Shown here: positions 12,501-25,621 of the stretch, one piece after another
Layout: each line of letters starts with the position of its first letter
Numbering within the stretch: the stretch's first letter is position 1
DNA from: Lophium mytilinum
Lineage: Eukaryota
Length of the DNA: 64,000 bases
Assembly (NCBI GenBank): GCA_010093605.1
Contig: MU004197.1
Location: forward strand, 1,240,001 to 1,304,000
Direction: 5' to 3'
Made by a program: the position numbers and the translations under genes
Notes under the pieces: generated by a model
What the model was told of the DNA's origin: nothing
The model's input: only the letters and a program-made list of their open reading frames with translations
Database searches by the model: none

Positions 12501-14920
12501 TGCCGACAAACAGTCGTCGAGTAGGTAGATGTCAGCTCGCGCGTATACAGCACGAGCAAGTGTCAGTCTTGCCTTCTGACCACCTGAGAGCGAGATGCCT
12601 CGTTCTCCGACTTCGGTTTGGTCTCCGTCAGGGAGAGACGCGAAGTCGTCCAGAAGCGCACATGCTTTGATGGTCTTGTCGTAGAACTGTGGATCCCAAC
12701 GATGGCCAAAAACAACGTTCTCTTTGACAGAGGCATTCATTACCCATGCTGATTGTGGTACATACGCAGTTTTTCCACGCATTACTACTTCACCCTTGAT
12801 CTTCCAAAGATCTCCGAGCAGCGCTTGCAGCATTGACGACTTTCCGGCACCTACCCGCCCAACAATACACGACAGCTCTCCCTTGTGCGCGGAGAAGTTG
12901 ATGTCGTGCAGTGCTCTTCTTTCTTCGGCCTTGTTCCAAGTGAAACTTGCATCGCGCACACGGACAGATTCGTCTCCAACCTCTTCGACAGAACCTTCCC
13001 GCAACACAGCATTTTCCTGAAGCTCTTCCGCGAGTAGGAAGCTCGTTATGCGGCCAACCGCTACGCTAGCTTCGACAATTGAGGTGATTACCATAGGAAG
13101 GATCGCCAGCGGGAACGTGAGCAGGTTAAAGAGCGTTAGCGCTGGGAAGACAATGTCTGTGGTCAAGGGGGTGTTTTGTGTGAGCACGAAGACTCCAAAA
13201 GTTGAGCACGACACAAGAAATGGCGTCGTGGACCAGGTGAAGTTGGCGAAAGCTTGAGTTGCTCCGATCTTTCGGAGAGTCTTGAGTTCCAAATCATTCC
13301 GAATGTAGTTCAGCCTTTTGAAAAATGCAGTTGTCCAGGCATATAATTTGATAGACCGCATATTGTTCAATATTTCAGTCATGAGCCTTGTACGAGAATC
13401 CTTGTTCGTCATCTGTTGCTTTTGAAGTGTCTTCATGATCCTGGCAATAAATCCATTCACAGGAATCATGATGAGCATAGCACCAACGCCGGCAAACATG
13501 CTGAAGCCGACCAACTGGTATAGAGAAAGCATACACAACGTGATCTGAAAAGGTGCAGACCAGAGCTGCTGCCCATACTGGGCGAGATCCTGGAGTCTTT
13601 GGGTATCCACAGCCATGTAGTTGACAATGTCGCCGGTAGATTTTGCAGCGCGGCCTTCGTTTGACAGTCGCATTGACTTAGAATAGATCGCAGCAGTCAA
13701 AGAAGACTTTATTCGCATCCCTGTTTCGAACGATCGTTGGAAGTACTGGTGTACAAAAGCCGTTTGAGAGACTGAAACCGCGAACATTGCCAACGCAATC
13801 GCAGCTCCACGAATGACGGGCTGGGGTTCATCGCCACGATACGAGTCGACAAAAGTAATCAACAGCCTGAGCAGCTGGGGCTGAACAAAAGCTAGGCAGT
13901 CGCTCACTGTCTTGATGAGGGCACCTCTGAAATAGGGGCCTCCAAATCCACGGAAAAGGGCCATCCAGAGCGATGGATGCTTCTTCTCGAGCTCATGATT
14001 CCACGCCTCGTTGAAAGATTCCGTTGTCGCTTTGGTGGTGTCGCGCTTCCGAAGGTTCCAAAGGTCGTCCTGGGTGAGAAACGATTTGTATCCATACTTC
14101 ATCATAGGCGTCATCCAGCCGAAGGTCAAGACTGAGAAGACGTCTGCATACTCAAATGGACATTCGTCATCGTCGCCTAAGGCATCGTATGCGCTGAGCT
14201 TCTTGGACACAAGCCATTCTAGGATGAACTCGAGTGCGGCCAACGCAACGCTCACGCAGAACACGACAAAGTATGCCAGATGTTCTTTATACATCTGCTG
14301 GGAAACCAGGGATCGGACTTTGACCCCAAAGGCTATCAAGAGAAAGAGCCAATAGAACAGCACTACTCCATTGGCGTTTCGCGACCTCCAGTGTTCGATA
14401 TACTGTATGTAGAATATGACGCATAACGAGAGAATCGTAATTATGGTAGTCCAGAATCGGAAGTCGCCTGCCCATATCCCCGTGAAGTACTCGATTTGTA
14501 AGGCAGCCTGTAACGCGGAGGTAATGATGAGAGCTCCAATGGTAATCTGCGAGCGTATCATCAGTATACGAACTATGGGTGTTTAACTTTGTCCAACAGT
14601 AATTCCAACAGACTGTCGCAATGATAGACTCAACGTACAAGCTTAGCATAGAAATGCCAATTCTTGGAGACAGGCTGGGGGGAGCACTTCTTGAAGAGGT
14701 ACCATATCGCCCCTACACCGGCGACAATCCCCCACACAGCCACCACCGATATCCATACATCCAAGAAGCAGGGTGTGAAGTCGTAGCGGTACCGGCTCAG
14801 GGGGCCCCATCCCTCAGGGTTACCGCATAGCTTCTGATGATGTTTGGTTGCGGCGAGATATCCGTGGGCGAAGGGCTTGAACGGAGTCAGCGGAGCCTGA
14901 AGACCGATGGTGCCGTGCAT
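9549..14920 (-). CDS. YCF1: ABCC/MRP vacuolar glutathione-conjugate and metal-resistance transporter, multi-exon
   Basis: N-terminal [18 protein letters not shown]1 [25 protein letters not shown]2 [28 protein letters not shown]. 3' exons traced: 11567-11464, 11246-11217, 11121-11084, 11034-10117, 10064-9996, 9941-9850, 9800-9549. Confidence 0.93.
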
Positions 14921-17039
14921 TGATCGAGCGATGAACGAGTTGCCGACTCCTCTAGCAGAGAAGTGGGAGTCCTAGGCGATGTTGGTGTCGAGAATGGGAA
15001 CGCTGAGGCAACGATTGGGAAGTCGTGGAGAAGCTTTGACAAAATTCAAAGAGATGCTGAGTAAGTAGGTGAACTTAGCGTCGTCATGGACCTTCCACGC
15101 GCATTGACGGGCAAACAGCATGCTCCCGATCACGAGACGCCCCGAACAGTAATCCGAAGAGCGATTGTTGAGAAGATCCGTCTGAAATGCGAATCAACCG
15201 CCTCTCGATTGGCCGGCGTCACTATCTCCATCCCGACTTCATGCAGTCGATGCGGGGCGAAGGACAGGCCATACTACGATCCGAGCGCTGTTCCCTGCTG
15301 CCGAGCAAGGCTTGCTTCAACGTGACCGATGTGCCAACCTTGGATTCGGGTCCTTAACGCGTCTGCACGGTGCATCTTCACATCTTCATCTTCTATAGGG
15401 TGGGCTGCGCGGTCACGGGACGACCAAAAATTACACTCTATGTAAGCCGGTTACCTGTCCGACTAGAAGCTTTGGAGCGTGCTTACATTTCGGGGGTACT
15501 GTTGACTCGTGAAAATCTGGATCCAACCGCGGTGTGTAATGCTAGCGATACAGAAGTCATCAGCTTGAAGAATAATCAAGGCCATTGAAGACGTCGGTGA
15601 CGGCTTACCGCCCATTATGCGCTAGATGTACTTGTTCCACCACGCCAGTGAGAGCCTGACTAAAGCCATGGAGCGATGAATATCATGCATCTATTCAGCG
15701 TCGAAGTAAGTCCTTTGTCCGGACTCCTTTCTAATCGCGCTTCCTAGAACATCGAGACACGCATACCACTTCCCGGATGCCTTGGGGTGACAATCAGACA
15801 CTAGGAGACCATACCACCGGCTTCGCGTACCAAAGGTGTCTTCCCACCGGAATGGGCTTTGGCAGTCCTGTTGTACACATGTTTCGTCAGGCCACTGTCA
15901 TAGATCCCAACTGAGCGTTACAAGTGTACAGTCGAGGTTTGGGAGCAGCCACAGTCACACCGCAATGCAGTCGCAGACGCCTTTGACCTGACGATTTCTC
16001 GATGGCGCTGAGATTCCAGCCTGGCAATGACGAGCTACCGTGTCGACAGATATCAACTCTGCCAGTCAAAACGTCACGATGCGGACGACTTCACCGCTCA
16101 TGGTCCAGTATTTCGAGGCAGGACATGGCCGCGATACAGTGATCGCTATTTGTTGCAATCTCTAGAACCAAGATAGTGCTAGTAGTAGTGGAAGGCAGCT
16201 AGATCCAGACAGATTCCCATGTTTCGCCGCACTAACATGCGCCCTCAGCCAGCCCTCGACTTCTCCAGCGCGATCAGTCGAGCCCGCACGGCTGGGGAGA
16301 GATCTTGTCTAGACTTGGCTCGAAAACGCTCCGATATGCTTTTGTGTAGCCAATGGCCTGGGTCGTGACATTTGAGGCTTGAGATGGCGCTCCATATCAA
16401 GCTGGACCAGCGCTCGAAGTCTGGGCCCTCCACTAACCATGCACCTCTCCTCCACATACCGGCGACGAGCTGCACAGGGGTGCTGAACTCGGGCAACGTG
16501 CGTGCCTGAAACCCAATCGAACCAAAATGGGCTGCCCGTTTTTAGACCAAGCTGGACACCCCGACGACCGCAGCAGGCCCTTGGCGGCAATCGTCCTAGC
16601 AAATCTGACTACACCGAGTACTAACGCTCATCTTATGATCCAGCTTTGGACGGCGGATGCCTTCGCTACATACTCGCGCGCATGACAATCTCCACGCTAT
16701 AGCATTCATTCGCGGACGAGCGCGAGCTGGGTCAGGACGCAGCCAGCCTCCCTCGAACGCTCCGTGACGCTATCTACCACCGTTGTGCAATGTTTGGCTT
16801 GCAGTGTATCACTCCCTCCTGGGAGGCCTTTGTGCTTGGGCCTGATAGAGGTATAAGTAGACTCAGGATCTCATCATATCAAAACATCCTATTAACCAGT
16901 CAAACCGTTTGCATATCTCGCAAGTCTTCCACACTATCTGTGCTATCAATACCTCGAAGGCTTCCGATCCCTCTATATCTCAATCCCCACTCGACTACCC
17001 TCACTCTTCACATACCCAACCAAGTCAAGCAACCTCAAC

Positions 17040-17561
17040 ATGTCCGTCTCTCGCTCCTCCTCCAGCAGCAGTTCCTCCTCCCTCGTCGCCCCCTCTACCT
17101 CCCAAACCTACATTCGCAGCGGCATCGGCGGCGCCGGCAACTGGAAAAGAGCCGCCAGCATCCCCTCCGCCCTCCCCGTGCCTCAAATCACCACACCCCG
17201 CCACGGCTCCTTCTCCTCCGGCGTCGGCGGCGCGGGCAACATCCACTCCACCAGCACACGCCGCGGCCTCTCCGCCGACGAAGAACTCGCCCGCGAGCAT
17301 GCCATCAAGCGCAGCGCCCGCTCCGGTTGGCACACCGGCATTGGAGGCGCGGGCAACTACGTCGCTAAGAAAAGCGCGCCGCCCGTCGTGCTAGAGCCTT
17401 CGTTGTCCAGCTTCAGCAACGCGCCGCTGCCAGTCAATGGGCTTGAGGTGCTCCGTCGGCGGCTGTCCAGCGTTATCGCGTCGTGGCCGCTCTCACGGTC
17501 CCGAAAGTCCTTGCTGGACGATAGCTCAGATGGCAAGTCCCTCGTCTCGGTCGTGCGCTAG
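17040..17561 (+). CDS. Ser/Gly-rich protein with three GxGGAGN motifs (Par32/DUF3602-like)
   Basis: 173-aa ORF with SGIGGAGNW, SGVGGAGNI and TGIGGAGNY; TATA-like tataagta near 16853. Confidence 0.75.
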   Translation: MSVSRSSSSSSSSSLVAPSTSQTYIRSGIGGAGNWKRAASIPSALPVPQITTPRHGSFSSGVGGAGNIHSTSTRRGLSADEELAREHAIKRSARSGWHTGIGGAGNYVAKKSAPPVVLEPSLSSFSNAPLPVNGLEVLRRRLSSVIASWPLSRSRKSLLDDSSDGKSLVSVVR

Positions 17562-18654
17562 GACGCTGCTTCGTTGCGATGCGGAGCGCTGGATCAGGAG
17601 GTTCGAGCGTGACCGTGGTACGGGGTCAGGGGCGTGTCTCGATGATGTGGGGGTCCGATCTGTATGACCGTGGCGGCGGCGCTCGTGGGACTTGAGTGTA
17701 TTTGTGGGTGGACGCCTTGTGGTGTTTGTGCGAGCTTCTGGTCTTGGGTTTGGTGCCTCGTCGAGTGTTTGGGCGTGGATTGGGGTGGATGTAATCGGGG
17801 AGGAGTTTGGTGTTTGGGTGCTGGCGTACTACACACGATATCCCTGGTCTATTGGTAGTTACTTTTTGATGAATGGAGTTCTTGCCGTCTTTGGAACAAC
17901 TCTTGATCCTCAATGATGGCGTGATCGTGATGCGCCGATCACAGCGAACCTTCCGTCTCCCTTTTTCTTGTATCGCAGCCTGAGAGAACCCAAAGATCCC
18001 GAGCTATCACTGACGAGCCATCCCCGGTGCTACGCGGTGCTAGGCAATAGGTCTGTTAGGATCTACCTGGACTTGTTGAGATTTACCTACCACCACCGCT
18101 TGGAGTTTCGTCTAACATGTAAATCTTCTCGCAGGTTGCACGTGTAGGCAACGAGCGCTCGCCATTGTCATGGGTGCTCTAATGCACTCTGAAAATCTTG
18201 AAAGACGAGTACGCTCCTCAGAATTATTGTCTACCAACCTGGCTGGAGGGGCCTGGTATGGACTATAGTTTATAGCCCTATATGCACGTACTGGGCTCTC
18301 TTTCTAGCCCAAGGGTATCCGCAGACCCGGAACGCTTGCATATTGCTATAACCAAGGACAGCACTAACAGGTGACCTCGCCTGCACATTAATGTCGAGTA
18401 TCGAAGCGGTGTTATGGGATGCGTCAACGTCGGTATCCGTCCTTGACACCTGCAGGAGCTAGAGAAGTATTCGCTGATTCCACGACCTCGCTGTTCTCGT
18501 CAACCCCGCTTTTGCTCAAATGTCGTGCACTCCTCAGTGGAGGCTACGAGGTTGGCGATTCCTGATGTCCTTTTCGGTCCAGCTCTTCCCATGCATAACC
18601 CTTCACAGTGCCGCTTGCTATCTCATGGCCTCATCTTTCCCGTGCTCTTTACAC

Positions 18655-19356
18655 TCAGTCCCAATCGTCTCCGCTATCCTCCTCGACCACTTTCCCCTTC
18701 CTAATAGCGGTCCCCTTACGCACCCCTTGGACCTTCTCCCGCACCAACACACCAGCCCGTATTAGCCTCGCCTCCAGATCCCTCGTCGTGAAAGTATCCG
18801 GCGTCCGTCCCAATCCTTCGAACCCAATCACACGATCTACGCCCACGCCATCCACAAACGCAATGACACAAGGCAGGACCTGGATCTTCAACTTCGTGAT
18901 AAGAAAAGGCGCATTATCAACATTGATCCGAACAATACGGGTTTCGTAATGAGTAGGCGCGAGAGACTGCAACACACATTAGCTCAGCTCAGCACATCCA
19001 CTCCCAACCCATCCTCTCAATCCCCACAGTTCCACATTCCGACTAACCTCAAGATGCCCATCCATAACCGCGCACCGATTGAAATCCGGCTTGAAGAAGT
19101 GCACCACGCAATACTTGGTGCTGGTCGTGATATCCATAAGCGCCTTCTCGTCTTTTATTTCAGAGTAGATTCCGTGCGCGGACGAGCGCAGCTGCTTCGC
19201 GCGATTGAACTCTTCGTGTAGTTGCTGTAGACGTCGCTCGCGGAAGGCGTCGACGGCTTCGTCGGCTTCGAGGGACGCGATTAGCGCGTCTTCGTCGCTG
19301 TCTGGGTCCGCCGCGGCGGTGTCGACGAGGTGGGCTACGGTGGGGTCGAGAGACAT
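18655..19356 (-). CDS. PLP1: Phosducin-like thioredoxin-fold protein, 2 exons (19356-19048, 18966-18655)
   Basis: FRERRLQQL, VVHFFKPDFNRC..MDGHL, APFLITKLKIQVLPCV..F.DG..DRVIGFEGLG; acidic tail; GT-AG intron. Confidence 0.88.
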
Positions 19357-19973
19357 GGTGATGGCGAGGAGGTGGGTAGAGGGCTGTACAGAGAGTTGAG
19401 TAGTGGCTGGGTGGGTTGCCTGTTGTATCGCTGGATCTTTTTTTGGGGGGTGGTGTTTGGGAGATGATTTGCGAGGGGCAGTGATGGGGCTAACGGAGTT
19501 TGGCGTTGAGCTCAATTCGGGGGCAGAGAGAAGAGTGTATTTCACGTGATTTGGATCATTGGTGCAGATTCTAAGTAGGTAGACGGAATCAAGCATGCAA
19601 TCGCTAGTAACAGACATCCTAATATGCATACAATTCACGTGTTGGAACCGTGTTCATGCGAATAATTCGCCTTGCGCAGGGGCTGACGAGTCCGAGAAGA
19701 TGACAAGGGGCGTTCGCCTCAAGGAAATTTGGCCTATCCTCCACCGCGCTCTATGCCAGGAGTGCTCAACACCATCTCTTCCGCCCTCACCTCCGTCCTT
19801 TGACCCCTTCTTCTCTCCTCCACTCCATCGACGTGCTTTTCGTCTCTCCTCTCCCGCGCCTGCCACTCTACGACAGGCCGTCCACTCTTTGCCCGCACCG
19901 CCTGCCTCCGCGCCGTCCATCGACAAGCACGACCCCCTTACCTCCATAATCTTCATTCCTCCATCCCGCCATC

Positions 19974-21285
19974 ATGTCCGACGATAAGAAGAGAGACGAC
20001 TACGACGAGAAGGCCAGCTTCGTCGACCGCTCCGCCTCCCCAATGCATCCCTCAACGCCGCGTCGCCAGCCGTCGCATCACTACTCAGTCGCAGAGAACC
20101 CCATCCTCCCCGTTCTCTCATACTGCGCCTCGTCCATTTTGATGACCGTCACGAACAAATACGTCTTGTCGGGTGTGGACTTCAATCTCAACTTCTTCTT
20201 GCTATGTGTTCAGGTAGGTTGCGATATCTGGTGCAGGGGATTCGTGGCATCTACTGACGGGACCCACAGTCTGTCGTCTGTGTTATTGCAATCCAGACTT
20301 GCAAGACGGCCAAATTGATCACGTACCGGGACTTTAACACTGATGAGGCCAAGAAATGTATGTTTTTCTACCAAGACTGTACGCGTTGCGACTGACATTT
20401 GCGCCTAGGGTTCCCTATCTCGCTCCTCCTTATTGGCATGATCTACACGAGCACGAAAGCTTTGAAATTCCTTTCCATTCCGGTCTATACTATCTTCAAG
20501 AACTTGACCATTATCCTGATTGCCTACGGAGAGGTCCTCTGGTTCGGCGGATCCGTCACGCCCATGGCTCTGTTCTCCTTTGGTTTGATGGTCGTTAGCT
20601 CCGTCGTTGCGGCTTGGGCGGATATTCAGCATGCTTTGAGCAGCTTTGGAGACGAGACCACTGAGGCCACAAGTGCTATCTCCACGCTCAATGCCGGATA
20701 TCTATGGATGATGTTCAACTGCTTCTGCACTGCCACTTACGTTTTGGGCATGAGGAAGCGGATAAAGCTCACCAACTTCAAGGACTTTGACAGTAAGACA
20801 CATCCTCCCAATAAATTCTGATACATATTCTGACCCCAATTCCAGCCATGTACTACAACAACCTTCTCACCATCCCAATCCTCCTGATCGCCTCCCTCTT
20901 TGTCGAGAACTGGTCCAGTGAGAACATCGCCTTGAACTTCCCCGCCGACAAGAGGAACAGCCTCATCGGAGCCATGATCTTCTCCGGCCTCTCCTCCGTC
21001 TTCATCTCCTACACCTCCGCCTGGTGCGTCCGCGTCACATCATCCACAACATACTCCATGGTCGGCGCCCTGAACAAGCTCCCCATCGCCGTCAGCGGCC
21101 TCGTCTTCTTCGACGCCCCAGCCACCTTCGGCAGCATCTCTGCCATCTTCATCGGCTTCGTCAGCGGCATCGTCTACGCCCTCGCCAAAGTCCGCCAAAA
21201 CGCCAAGCCAAAGGACTCGCTCCCTTTGGTGAACGCCCCTATGAGCGCCAGCAGCCAAAGCATGCGGGACAGCTTCAAGTCATGA
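19974..21285 (+). CDS. VRG4: Golgi GDP-mannose transporter, 4 exons
   Basis: [31 protein letters not shown], and the family motif [15 protein letters not shown]. Confidence 0.95.
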
Positions 21286-22048
21286 GTGCGCCGCCATCCC
21301 CCTTCCTACGTTCTCGCGCTGGGCAGTCGAACTCCCCAGCCTCCTTCCCAGCAAACAATAGCTATACATCGGACGCTTTACTGGGCAAAGAAGGACCCCT
21401 CGATAGCAAACCATCCATCCAAGGCGTTTTATCCCGGCTCCCCCTTTTACAATAATCCTTCATCATCTTATGAAGATCCCTTACCAATGTCCCCCCTTTG
21501 TTCTTCTGGCTGTATTTGTTACGCACATCGTAGCCCGCTGAGGCTACCGATCCCTCAATGTCTTAGAAATGGTTGGGTTGTGGGTTTTGATAACATCTGG
21601 TTTTTGCTTGCTTTTTCGTTTTCTTTTGTTAATTCTGTTGTGGGACGATGTTGCTTGGGACATTGGGTTCTTTTGTTCTGTAGGGAATGGAGGGTGTGGG
21701 GTTTGGTGCGAACACTTTCTTGCTGCCGAAAATGCTGGGATTGAAGCAGGTGCTCGTCCCGGGTGTGTTTAAGGGGCTGTTATTAGGGTAGCATGGGTGT
21801 TGAGTTTAGATCTATTTAATGGAGTTGGTGTGTGTTGCATATTTTGTCTGTCTTGTTGCTTGCGAGGGTGGTGATTGGCGTGTATGAAGCTCGAAATCTT
21901 GTATGAGGAACTGTTGCAACGATCGACTCAACACTAACATCCTAAGGACGCCTCCGATCAAAGCTCTAAAGAATGCGCGCGTAAGTCGATTCGTCTATGC
22001 AGTCGTGTGGCATGATGACTGTGCACTCCGCGCATCTGCTTCAGGTAT

Positions 22049-22288
22049 CAGGCTCACCATCACAAAAAGTGAGAGTCGCGCACTGACCAGAAAAACATAC
22101 CTATTCACGTCTGCAGCAGCAACGAATGGACGAATAATTTTCGTTTTAGCTGGGCTTAAGCGCACCGCTTGGCTTTACAAGTGCTGCAAGTTTTTACATC
22201 AAAATCTAGCGATAGGACGTGCAGGAATGACCTGTGGTATAGAAAAGCATTGACCACCGGCCTCTCACTTTTTGTGATGGTGAGCCTG
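22049..22288. mobile_element. MITE (non-autonomous DNA transposon), 240 bp
   Basis: Perfect 27-bp inverted repeats caggctcaccatcacaaaaagtgagag (22049-22075) and its reverse complement (22262-22288); direct repeat ggtat on both outer flanks (22044-22048, 22289-22293). Confidence 0.85.
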
Positions 22289-22987
22289 GGTATCACCAAC
22301 CTCTTTCTAATCTTACATTCACGAGGTGATGCATGATAGCAATAATGTTGTATTCGCACTTTGCGAACTACCCTGGATAAGCTACCAAACGCAAACCGTA
22401 GACATAGGAGGCGGCGCACCATCCACATCCCTAAACCCATAACAGAATACCCACTCCCAGAGGCTTATATGCACAGCTAATCCAACCCAATCCAAGAAGA
22501 AAACCAGAAAAAAAGAATAAAACGCCAACGGGACACGCTTAGCCAACCCAGTCCCAGTATCCCTAAAAAGAAGCCCGCGAAACCCAAATCCAAAGAAGAA
22601 GAGGACGAGTAATAGAATAAACGACAAACGTAGTCCGCGAGGAGCCAAATAGAAAGCTCCGCAAGATCCAAATAGAAAGCAGAAAATGGAAGTTCCTTCC
22701 ACTACATAATCGGACTCGTAACGGGCCACGCGGTATGCCGCCAGGATTAGAAAGATGTAAAACAAACAAGGACCAAAAGGTATCAAGAAAAGGCTGACGC
22801 TGAGATGACGGGTATTCCCCCTCCCCCTCTTTTATAGTTGGGCCCCGTTCCTTTTGAGGTCGTATTTCGTCGGAGGCATTCGTGGTCGCATGATGTAGAG
22901 ACGTCTGAGCTGCTTCGGAGAACAGCTCGTTGTTGTTGCTGGCCGTGCAAGATAGGGTGTTCGTCAGTCGCACGTAGAGCGACTCTG

Positions 22988-25621
22988 CTACCTGATGTCG
23001 GAGGCAACACTTGTGAAGTGGGAGGCATTGGGCCCTTGCGCCATGGAGTATTTCAATTCCATGCCATCGTCCAGCAGTCCCGACATGCCGATGCCACTGT
23101 CGTCGTGATCTGGCTCGGGCTGGGAGGTGTCGAGATTCAGATCTAGCTCGAGATCGGTTCGGTTGTAATGTCCTTGGAAACTTTGGGCGTTCACTACCAA
23201 ACTTCAAGTCAGTCAACCAGTCAAAATCAAGATAAGGTCGGGCTGGGTAGCACTTACTATCCGTGGAGGCAGGAGCCGTAGTTGTGTGGATCGTATCGTC
23301 GCCCATGCTGACGAAGCTTTGGGTATTGTTGAAATCTGCTCCAATGCTGCTATACCTGCTGTCATTGTTGCTCCCGCTGCCTCCATTCATCATAGTCGAG
23401 TCGAGGGGGCCATCCATCACTCCTGGGGAATAGCTCAGTCGATGGACTGTCGGTGGTTTGTGGTCCAGGAAGCCTCCTAGAGACGCAAGCCATTGGCACA
23501 TTTCGTCGATAAACACTTTTGTGATCCACCAGGAACCATAGCTCGTCCCGTTCTCCACTGTGATTTCCCGAATCACTGCAGTACTTAGAGCATTGATGCA
23601 GTAGAGAAGTGTGCGCGTGTTCGCATGAGGGAATCTCGAAGGAAGACCACCAAGGAAGGTAGCTAGTCGATCGATTACGGTGTCGTTGGAAACGTTCGTG
23701 ATGTTCGGGTCGTTAATGGGTTCTGGGTAGTATGATCCGTCGTTAAGCCATATGCGCTTGTTCAGAGGTAGTAATAGACCCCTAATTTCCTGTGTCAAGA
23801 TACTGTAAACTTCCTCGTATCCACAATCAGGGAGCTGGCTCTCTATTATCTGTTTGACGTTGACAAAGTTTGACCAATCCTCCCACATGGCATCGCGGTT
23901 TTGGTCGGCCAGGAGCATGACAGCAGCGGCATGTGCTGCAGAGTTCACTCGCAACATTCGTCGTAACAGATGTGCGAAAAGAGTTGCGGGCTCTAGCCGG
24001 GCTTCGAGAACATGTAAGGGTAACCCTTGGAAAACTTTGCTGATATGAGCGTGAAGTGTTTTTGAGATCTTGTCCAATACGTGTAACACTGCCGGCGGTG
24101 CTACCTGCAATGTGAGCTGGGAGACGTTGCGAATCATCTTTTGATACATCATCCAGTCGCATTCCTTAACCCATGGCGCAATATCGGGGTGTGCGAATAG
24201 CTTCTGAACCGGAACAGTCAAGGTGCCATGGAAAGATGCGAAGAGACGATAGAACTGCTTCTCCTTACAATAACGGATAGAGTCGATTAGTGATGTGCAG
24301 TGGGTTCTGTACAACGCTGTCAGTGCCTGAGCAGCATCGGGGTCCGTCTTGGCTGGGAGATAGTCGCGAATATCAGGCAGCTCAATGTGTACATTTTCTT
24401 CGGGAGAGGTTTGGTCTGGAGAGGGAAACTTCAGATCGTACGAGTACATGTCAGATATCGGACCAGTAGTTCGAAACCGAGGTGCGGTAGTGTCTGCGAA
24501 CAAGCGGCCTTTCGATGATGCGGCGCTGGGAATCTCGGGGGGGAGGTCGAAAATGTTCTCTTGCGGCGGGAACACGGCTGTATCTGCGGGTAGCCGTGGC
24601 ATGGTACTAGAGAATGTTCTTAGCCTTTGCGAATATGACGGCATCGTGATCGACTTACTTGAAGTCTATACGATTGCTCGTGGAGCTTTGGCGCATGGGC
24701 TGGCTCGCAGCTCGTTGCATCTCCTGTGGTCGCTCTGCTTCACCGAAATCCTGGCTATCTTCGACGAGAGCGAGATCCACATAGTGATATTTGGACTCTC
24801 CTCTTACTCCAAGTCGTCGGGTCTGGATACCAGGGAATATGACACGGACAAGCTTGCCGAAAGACGCTGGATTTAAGGGAATAACTCGCTCTGTCCCACA
24901 CCGCTCCGCATAGTGAGAGTAAACGCGGTTGCGTGGGACTGAGTTCTTCGCAGACCGGCATGTAGATTTCAGCCTAAAGGAGTCGTAAGCTTCGATATCA
25001 ATATCTTTCTACTGTCATAACGTACCATAGCATCGCAAACAACTGTTTTGACTTTTCGGCCTTTGGAGTCCTCTCCGTTGCAATGACCTCAGCCGCAACT
25101 TCTTTCAAGTGGCGGCCATCATTGCGGACCAGCATTTCGCGGAGCTCTTTATCATTGGTGGCAGTGTATGCGGATCCCTTCTTTTTCTTCTCGTCTACTT
25201 CGGACACGCTTGGTGCCGACGGTGGCGCTTGTCCCAAGGCTACTTGAAGCGCGTGAAAGCTCTGGTCGTACACTTGTCCAGAGTGAGTACCACCGTTCGC
25301 GACTAATTGTGACGAGTTCATATCGCTCGCGGGCATGGCGCCCATTTGCATCTGCTGGTCGGCAGTCATGGCGTTTTGCTGGCTAACATGTTGTGCGACT
25401 TGTAATAGTGGCTCGAGGGGCTGATAGTTTGAGGCCATTTGCGGATGTTGATATGCGCTGGGTGGGACACTGCTCGCAGGCCGATATTGTGTGGTGTCAT
25501 GGTTCGCGTCGTGTTGATTGAAGGATTGAAGGCTCGTTGTCGAGGCTCGGGAGAGTGGCCGGTGTGAGCTCCGCACGGAAGCGGAGGTTGTCGACCTCGA
25601 CCGGTGGCCGTTATTACTCAT
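22988..25621 (-). CDS. RFX1: RFX DNA-binding transcription factor (CpcR1/Sak1/RfxA type), 4 exons
   Basis: KQLFAMLW, then after an intron SVPRNRVYSHYAERC...LNPASFGKLVRVIFPGIQTRRLGVRGESKYHY (RFX domain, ~24960-24780); LYRTHC and CDWMMYQ in the C-terminal exon. Confidence 0.92.

Noticed and set aside
16790..17394. Long alternative-frame ORFs overlapping the GxGGAGN gene
   Set aside because: Low-complexity shadows of a C-rich coding sequence.
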